Sequence record: JPID01000014.1
Direction: 5' to 3' (one strand)
Length of the DNA stretch: 32,000 nt
Shown here: positions 26,293 through 32,000 of the stretch, piece after piece
How the letters are laid out: each line of letters starts with the position of its first letter
Numbering within the stretch: the stretch's first letter is position 1
Notes under the pieces: generated by a model
What the model saw: the letters and a program-made list of their open reading frames with translations, nothing else
Database searches by the model: none
Told to the model about the DNA's origin: nothing
Made by a program: the position numbers and the translations under genes

Positions 26293-27072
26293 ATGGCTCT
26301 AAAAATGTTTGTACTGGGTCTCTGTATGCCGGTGTATGCACGTATGGATGCGCCTGAACCATGGCAAATGGGTTTTCAAGACCCTGCTACACCCATTGCC
26401 CAAGGTATTATGGATTTACACCATGATCTTATGTTTTTTGTTATCTTTGTGGCTGTATTTGTGACATGGATGCTAGCACGTACTCTGTATCACTTTCGTG
26501 CATCGCGTAATCCACTTCCACAAAAAATTATTCATGGTACACTTATTGAAGTACTATGGACAGTGACACCCAGTTTAATTCTTGTTATGATTGCGGTGCC
26601 AAGTTTTGCGTTACTTTATAGTCTTGATGAAGTGGTTGATCCCGCAGTGACTGTAAAAGCCATTGGCCATCAGTGGTATTGGACCTATGAGTATAGTGAC
26701 TATGCAGAAGGTGACGAAGACAGTATTCAATTTGATAGTTATATGATTCCCGATGATGAATTGGAACTAGGACAACTTCGACTTTTAGAAGTGGATAATC
26801 GTATGGTCGTACCAGTACATACCCATGTACGTGTGGTTATTACTGCTGCCGATGTACTCCATAGTTGGGCTGTACCAAGCCTTGGTGTGAAATGTGATGC
26901 TGTACCTGGTCGTCTCAACCAAGTTCCTGTCTATATTCGTCGTGAAGGTGTGTTTTATGGTCAATGTAGTGAACTCTGTGGTGTCAACCATGGCTTTATG
27001 CCTATTGTGGTAGAGGCAGTGCCTTTAGAAAACTATGTGGATTGGATTGCTGAGCGTTTAGAGGACATCTAA
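26293..27072 (+). CDS. cox2: Cytochrome c oxidase subunit 2
   Basis: [28 protein letters not shown], and the CuA site [21 protein letters not shown]...[15 protein letters not shown]. The track start at 26170 is a TTG inside trnI. In-frame ATGs lie at 26242, 26248, 26293 and 26305; 26293 gives a typical leader, so the start is uncertain. Confidence 0.93.
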   Translation: MALKMFVLGLCMPVYARMDAPEPWQMGFQDPATPIAQGIMDLHHDLMFFVIFVAVFVTWMLARTLYHFRASRNPLPQKIIHGTLIEVLWTVTPSLILVMIAVPSFALLYSLDEVVDPAVTVKAIGHQWYWTYEYSDYAEGDEDSIQFDSYMIPDDELELGQLRLLEVDNRMVVPVHTHVRVVITAADVLHSWAVPSLGVKCDAVPGRLNQVPVYIRREGVFYGQCSELCGVNHGFMPIVVEAVPLENYVDWIAERLEDI

Positions 27073-27159
27073 ACCGGTTGTATCCAAGAATTGTATTGTG
27101 TCTACTCTTTCAAACCTCAAGGTATACAAAGAGATAGTGATCTAAAAAATAGACAATGT

Positions 27160-27951
27160 ATGTCATCAAAACATCCATTTCATCTTGTAGATCCCAGTCC
27201 ATGGCCAATCTTTGCCAGTTTTGCAGCATTGGTTATGACATGTGGTGGTGTTATGTATATGCACAGTTATGAACATGGAGGTCTTGTATTGAGTCTTGGT
27301 TTTAGCATGGTACTCTATGCTATGATTGTATGGTGGCGTGATGTTATTCGTGAAGCAAGTTTTCAGGGACATCATACTCAAGAAGTACAAACAGGACTTC
27401 GATATGGAATGTTACTCTTTATTGTGTCTGAAATTATGTTTTTTGTCGCATTTTTTTGGGCATTTTTTCATTCAAGTCTATCACCAACAGTAGATATTGG
27501 ATGTGTCTGGCCCCCAAAGGGTATTGAAGCTGTGAACCCTTGGGATATTCCCCTATTAAACACTATGTTACTGCTGACAAGTGGTGCCAGTGTGACATGG
27601 GCTCATCATGCTATTGTAGCTGGTCATCAGCGTGAAGGTGTGTATGCTCTTGCTGCTACTGTGATTTTAGCGGCTATTTTTACGGGATTTCAGGCCTATG
27701 AATACATGGAAGCCCCTTTTACTATTAGTGATGGTATTTATGGTTCAACCTTTTATCTTGCAACTGGGTTCCATGGATTTCATGTCATGATTGGAACACT
27801 CTTTTTAACAGTGTGTCTCTATCGTCTTGCTCGTGGTCACTATAGTCCAGGTCATCATGTAGGTTTTGAATCTGCTGCATGGTACTGGCATATGGTCGAT
27901 GTTGTATGGTTATTTTTATTTGTGTGTCTCTATTACTGGGGTGGTGCCTAG
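27160..27951 (+). CDS. cox3: Cytochrome c oxidase subunit 3
   Basis: [16 protein letters not shown]... at ATG 27160. [30 protein letters not shown]. The track start at 27091 is a TTG. Confidence 0.96.
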   Translation: MSSKHPFHLVDPSPWPIFASFAALVMTCGGVMYMHSYEHGGLVLSLGFSMVLYAMIVWWRDVIREASFQGHHTQEVQTGLRYGMLLFIVSEIMFFVAFFWAFFHSSLSPTVDIGCVWPPKGIEAVNPWDIPLLNTMLLLTSGASVTWAHHAIVAGHQREGVYALAATVILAAIFTGFQAYEYMEAPFTISDGIYGSTFYLATGFHGFHVMIGTLFLTVCLYRLARGHYSPGHHVGFESAAWYWHMVDVVWLFLFVCLYYWGGA

Positions 27952-27982
27952 TACCTAGTACCTATAAAACAACGTGTGTGAT

Positions 27983-29179
27983 ATGGCTATTGAACAAGCG
28001 CTTACACCCCAGCGTGTAAAACACTTTACCCTGAATTTTGGTCCACAACATCCAGCGGCTCACGGCGTGCTTCGTTTGGTTTTGGAAATGCAAGGTGAAG
28101 TGGTGGAGCGTGCAGATCCTCACATTGGACTCTTGCACCGAGGTACGGAGAAACTTGTGGAATATAAAAATTATCTCCAAGCTCTGCCCTATTTTGATCG
28201 TCTAGACTATGTGTCTATGATGTGTCAAGAACACGCCTATTCTCTGGCGGTGGAGCGTTTATTGGGCGTTTCCGTACCACACCGAGCACAATATATTCGT
28301 GTGCTCTATAGTGAACTTACTCGTCTTTTAAATCATCTATTAGCACTCACATGTCATGCCATGGATGTTGGCGCTTTAACCCCATTTTTATGGGCCTTTG
28401 AAGAGCGTGAAAAACTCATGGAATTTTATGAACGCGTGAGCGGTGCTCGTATGCATGCGGCGTATATTCGTCCAGGTGGTGTTGCACAAGATCTTCCCAT
28501 GGGATTAAGTCAAGATATTCATGCCTTTGCTCGTCAATTTGCATCTCGTATTGATGAAATGGAAGAAATGTTAACTGGAAATCGTATTTGGAAACAACGT
28601 CTTGTGGATGTCGGTCGTGTTACACGAGATCAAGCCCTTGATTGGGGTTTTTCCGGTGTGATGTTACGTGGTAGTGGTGTTGCCTGGGATATTCGTAAAA
28701 CAGAACCCTATGATGTCTATGGGGATATGGACTTTTCTGTGCCTGTTGGAACCCGTGGTGACTGTTATGATCGCTATCTTATCCGTATGGAAGAAATGCG
28801 TGAAAGTCTGCGTATTATTGCTCAGTGTTTACATACTATGCCTACAGGACCAGTTCGTGTTGATGATCGCAAGATTACGCCTCCAAGTCGCGGTGATATG
28901 AAACAATCTATGGAAGCCCTGATTCATCACTTTAAATATTATACAGAAGGTGTTGTTGTTCCAGCAGGTCAAACCTATGTACCAGTGGAAGCACCTAAAG
29001 GAGAATTTGGCGTGTATCTGGTAAGTAATGGAACTCATCGCCCCTATCGATGCAAAATTCGTGCACCAGGATTTGCACATCTTCAAGGGATTGATTTTAT
29101 GGCACGTGGACATATGCTTGCTGATGTGGTGACCATGATTGGAACACAAGATATTGTATTTGGTGAAGTTGATCGATAA
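27983..29179 (+). CDS. nad7: NADH dehydrogenase subunit 7
   Basis: [46 protein letters not shown]-like [28 protein letters not shown] at 27983. The track start at 27974 is a GTG. Confidence 0.96.
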   Translation: MAIEQALTPQRVKHFTLNFGPQHPAAHGVLRLVLEMQGEVVERADPHIGLLHRGTEKLVEYKNYLQALPYFDRLDYVSMMCQEHAYSLAVERLLGVSVPHRAQYIRVLYSELTRLLNHLLALTCHAMDVGALTPFLWAFEEREKLMEFYERVSGARMHAAYIRPGGVAQDLPMGLSQDIHAFARQFASRIDEMEEMLTGNRIWKQRLVDVGRVTRDQALDWGFSGVMLRGSGVAWDIRKTEPYDVYGDMDFSVPVGTRGDCYDRYLIRMEEMRESLRIIAQCLHTMPTGPVRVDDRKITPPSRGDMKQSMEALIHHFKYYTEGVVVPAGQTYVPVEAPKGEFGVYLVSNGTHRPYRCKIRAPGFAHLQGIDFMARGHMLADVVTMIGTQDIVFGEVDR

Positions 29180-29214
29180 CAATTGAAACACCGTGAGTTG
29201 CTATACTTGTGGTT

Positions 29215-29240
29215 TTATTTTAAATATAAACAATACAATC
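29215..29240 (-). repeat. Copy of the dispersed block-end element (24/26 identical to the extended copy at 17717-17742)
   Basis: The minus strand reads GATTGTATTGTTTATATTTAAAATAA, against GATTATATTGTTTATATATAAAATAA at 17717-17742. It overlaps the last codons and TAA stop of rps10, the last gene of a minus-strand block. Confidence 0.75.
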
Positions 29241-29564
29241 CATGGTTCCCGGGCGAGTTAGTTGACACGTTATTTCAATTCCCGGAATATGGGCACGTTC
29301 TACAAGAGCCATAAATACATAGGCCATGGATGGTGTACACGTTGCATAGACAAAACGTGTATGAGTACGTTCCATAAATTGTTCACGAGATTTCTTATTG
29401 ACATGGGGAGACCGTAATACCGTACACAGAAATCGACGTTGTGGGCCAGGACCCATATGCTTATTTTGTGCATGACACATGGTAGCAACATGGTAACACC
29501 ACATAGCAGCTTGTGCTACATGTGTCCATGTATATCCAGTTATTTTAAGATGCACATGATACAT
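29220..29564 (-). CDS. rps10: Ribosomal protein S10
   Basis: S10 signature [25 protein letters not shown] and [12 protein letters not shown] at 29564, TAA stop at 29220-29222. Confidence 0.88.
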   Translation of the reverse strand: MYHVHLKITGYTWTHVAQAAMWCYHVATMCHAQNKHMGPGPQRRFLCTVLRSPHVNKKSREQFMERTHTRFVYATCTPSMAYVFMALVERAHIPGIEITCQLTRPGTMDCIVYI

Positions 29565-29623
29565 GAGAGTGCTCCTGTTTTTCTTTCTATAGACTTTGAG
29601 CTATGTTTCTCTTTCTAGGTTTG

Positions 29624-31141
29624 TTAGGCACATACACATAGAGCAAGACGTTGGGCCAGACTTTCAATAGGGGCTGGATACATCATGAAACATACCAGAA
29701 CAACAACACTGCATGCTTGAATACATGCTGAAACATAACTCATACGAGGTGCTTCAGGCCATGTCGATGAGGTTTCAAAATACATGACTTTAATCACACG
29801 AATATAATAAAAACAACTCACCACACTGGTTAACACCCCTAATACAGCAAGACTGTTCATATGTCCCGCAACGGCACTATAAAATACCATAGCTTTGCTA
29901 TAAAATCCTGCGAGTGGTGGAATACCAGCCATGCTAAACCACACCACGCATAAAGTTAGGGCAACCAATGGTTGTGTTGCACCGATACCTGTAAGATCTG
30001 TGACAAGGCGCGGACTTTGTCCACCTTGATGATTCCCAAGAATATATGCAAACATGGTGATATTCATACATGTGTATACAAATAAATAGAGAAACATGGC
30101 TTGCACACCTTCAGGAGTCCCTGTACTTAAGGCAGCTAACATAAAGCCCACATGACCAACACTACTTAATGCAAGAAGTCGTTTCAGTCGTGTTTGTACA
30201 AGAGCTGCAAAGGCACCAACAATCATGGAAACAGCACTGGCAATCACGATTGCAGTTTGCCATGTCTCCATAAAGTCATAACATGCACCATAGAGCACAC
30301 GAACAAGAGCTCCCATAAACGCAATTTTTGGGACCATCATAAAATATGCTGTGACACTTGTTGGCGCTCCTTCATAGACATCAGGAGACCACATATGAAA
30401 AGGTGCTGCAGCGAGTTTAAAAAGCAATCCAGTAATCACTAATAAAAGTCCTAATTCACATGTAGGCATTCCTTGGGTTGTAATCAGTGCTGTACCAGTA
30501 CCACCAGCATATAACTGGGCCATATCCATAAAGTTTGTGGTTCCTGTTGCTCCGTACATAAGACTTGCTCCAAGAAGTAATAAACCACTTGAAAGAGCAC
30601 CTAATACAAAGTATTTCAGACCTGCTTCGACAGCAAATTCTGAATGTCGCGCATACGCTGCTAATACATAAAAACATAAACTCTGCAGTTCAATAGCAAG
30701 GTAGAGGGACAATAAATCTTGACTCGACACCAATAACATCATACCTTGAGTCGCCAACAGAATGAGCACAACATATTCATAACTATTCAGGCGAGATCGA
30801 ATGCAATATCCCACACCACACCAGAGAGATACCATGGTTGTACACACAATGGCCATTTGAAGTGTTGTGGATACACTATCCAGACTCTGAGTATGATATA
30901 GGACTGTAGCAGAAATATCCGGTGCATTATAGAGTAATACACCTGTTAATGCCAAGATCCATAAAGCCATATAGGTTACTGTAGACATAAGTACTGGGGC
31001 ATGTCGATGGGCATTTGTAGAGTAATACACACCATATACCAGAATACCCAGTGTGGCAACACTACAATAGAGAAATGGAAGAAGAAGTGGAAGATCCACA
31101 TCAAAGACCATAGAAATACAGTTGGTGTATACGAGGTTCAT
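29624..31141 (-). CDS. nad2: NADH dehydrogenase subunit 2
   Basis: 505 aa polytopic protein with ND2 motifs (LLFKLAAAPFHMWSPDVYEGAPTSVTAYF, LLALSSVGHVGFML, AGIPPLAGFYSK). ATG at 31141. Confidence 0.94.
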   Translation of the reverse strand: MNLVYTNCISMVFDVDLPLLLPFLYCSVATLGILVYGVYYSTNAHRHAPVLMSTVTYMALWILALTGVLLYNAPDISATVLYHTQSLDSVSTTLQMAIVCTTMVSLWCGVGYCIRSRLNSYEYVVLILLATQGMMLLVSSQDLLSLYLAIELQSLCFYVLAAYARHSEFAVEAGLKYFVLGALSSGLLLLGASLMYGATGTTNFMDMAQLYAGGTGTALITTQGMPTCELGLLLVITGLLFKLAAAPFHMWSPDVYEGAPTSVTAYFMMVPKIAFMGALVRVLYGACYDFMETWQTAIVIASAVSMIVGAFAALVQTRLKRLLALSSVGHVGFMLAALSTGTPEGVQAMFLYLFVYTCMNITMFAYILGNHQGGQSPRLVTDLTGIGATQPLVALTLCVVWFSMAGIPPLAGFYSKAMVFYSAVAGHMNSLAVLGVLTSVVSCFYYIRVIKVMYFETSSTWPEAPRMSYVSACIQACSVVVLVCFMMYPAPIESLAQRLALCVCA

Positions 31142-31193
31142 AGATACATCTTGTTGTTATTTATAAAATATCACCATGAGACACAGAGAAAAT

Positions 31194-31264
31194 AGGTCGA
31201 GGGCAGAGTTGAACTGCCATTGTAGGATTTGCAATCCCACACATTACCATTATGTTACTCGACC
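31194..31264 (-). tRNA. trnC: tRNA-Cys(GCA)
   Basis: Acceptor GGTCGAG/CTCGACC. Anticodon stem TGGGA/TCCTA, loop TT-GCA-AA. T arm GGCAG/CTGCC. Confidence 0.9.
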
Positions 31265-31303
31265 AGTATAGAACATTGTATACTCATGGAGATCACACAT
31301 ACG

Positions 31304-31858
31304 TTATAATGTCCACCATTGATATCGAGTATAGGCACGATTTGCTTCAGCAATACGATGCATTTCATATCGTTGTTGCACGGCCCAACCTTGACCACGA
31401 GCAGCATCTAAGAATTCATCACCAAGACACATGCCATACTCATACCCATGACGACGATGTGCGGCTTCGAGAATCCATCGTAATCCTTGAGCACGTGCTT
31501 GATGGGATGTGAGTAATTTTGGTACTTGAAGCGATGTACCTGCCACACGAACACGACGATAACTGACAATCGGAGCGCACATATCTAGAGCTTGACACAC
31601 CATGTGTTGAACATGAGCATGATCATGGGAAATATGTGTTATAGCTTGATTCCACACCCGTTGAGCACGACATGTATGACCACTCCGTGTAAGAAGTGAC
31701 AAACACATACGTCGAATTTCCATATAGGAAGACATATCTACAGAAGTCATAAATACAGATTGTTGTCGTAAAAAAAAAGTCATAGATACGTATATACGAT
31801 ACCTATACAACACTATAGGTCTATGTATACAGTGTGTCACGTTGGAATATATACCCAT
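31304..31858 (-). CDS. rps7: Ribosomal protein S7
   Basis: S7 C-terminal pattern RRVRVAGTSLQVPKLL, AQGLRWILEAAHRR, LGDEFLDAARGQGWAVQQRYEMHRIAEANRAYTRYQWW. This is the longest ATG ORF. An internal ATG at 31783 would give a more typical protein of about 159 aa. Confidence 0.85.
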   Translation of the reverse strand: MGIYSNVTHCIHRPIVLYRYRIYVSMTFFLRQQSVFMTSVDMSSYMEIRRMCLSLLTRSGHTCRAQRVWNQAITHISHDHAHVQHMVCQALDMCAPIVSYRRVRVAGTSLQVPKLLTSHQARAQGLRWILEAAHRRHGYEYGMCLGDEFLDAARGQGWAVQQRYEMHRIAEANRAYTRYQWWTL

Positions 31859-31880
31859 ATTAGATACAATACTATGGTAG

Positions 31881-32000
31881 TAGTCACGAGGTCGTGGTGT
31901 TAGTCACGAGGTCGTGGTGTTAGTCACGAGGTCGTGGTGTTAGTCACGAGGTCGTGGTGTTAGTCACGAGGTCGTGGTGTAGTCACGAGGTCGTGGTGTT
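31881..32000. repeat. Tandem repeat, 20-bp unit TAGTCACGAGGTCGTGGTGT, at least 6 copies, truncated by the window edge
   Basis: Five perfect 20-bp units span 31881-31980. A sixth unit lacks one T (31981-32000). Each unit holds the short inverted repeat CACGA/TCGTG. The array is upstream of rps7 in minus-strand terms. Confidence 0.95.

Noticed and set aside
31151-31175. A possible fifth, degenerate copy of the block-end element in the nad2-trnC spacer (TTGTTGTTATTTATAAAATATCACC)
   Set aside because: The similarity is limited to AT-rich runs and needs several indels. It is not at a block end. A formal matrix scan is needed before counting it.

Overview
This window is a compact, gene-dense mitochondrial genome segment, not a prokaryotic accessory region. 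From the ORF track and the DNA read by eye I can place the following.

- **Protein genes (27):** nad1 (5'-truncated by the window edge), nad2, nad3, nad4, nad5, nad7, nad9, cob, cox1, cox2, cox3, atp4, atp6, atp8, atp9, rps2, rps3, rps7, rps10, rps11, rps13, rps14, rps19, rpl5, rpl6, rpl10 and rpl16.
- **RNA genes:** rnl, rns, a 5S rRNA gene that an ORF track cannot show, and 22 tRNA genes.
- **Introns:** three group I introns in rnl, each carrying a LAGLIDADG homing-endonuclease ORF.
- **Repeats:** five unrelated short tandem-repeat arrays.

The standard genetic code fits: TAA, TAG and TGA are all used as stops, and no conserved gene has an in-frame TGA. Several track ORFs start at TTG or GTG and are over-extended at the N-terminus, so I trimmed them to the first plausible ATG. 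The gene set (nad7, nad9, atp4, rrn5, rpl10, many r-protein genes) is that of a gene-rich protist or algal, green-lineage-like mitochondrion. I cannot name the organism. The genes lie in eight blocks of alternating strand.

I found no defence system, CRISPR array, transposon or other novel multi-gene system, and I do not want to invent one. These signals deserve a second look:

1. A conserved element of about 22-26 nt occurs once at each of the four points where gene blocks converge, always in sense orientation at the end of a block.
2. The nad1 and nad9 ORFs both run past their conserved ends and overlap antisense by 141 nt.
3. One rnl intron ORF has both LAGLIDADG motifs but no ATG, GTG or TTG upstream of motif 1, and its stop codon lies in the downstream exon.
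4. A divergent ORF looks like mitochondrial rpl10.
5. The near-universal 1392-1406 decoding-site strand of rns carries two substitutions.
6. Several tandem arrays begin at, or duplicate, gene 3' ends.

All homology statements come from recognising motifs by eye, with no database search. rRNA ends are approximate (about +/-20 nt).
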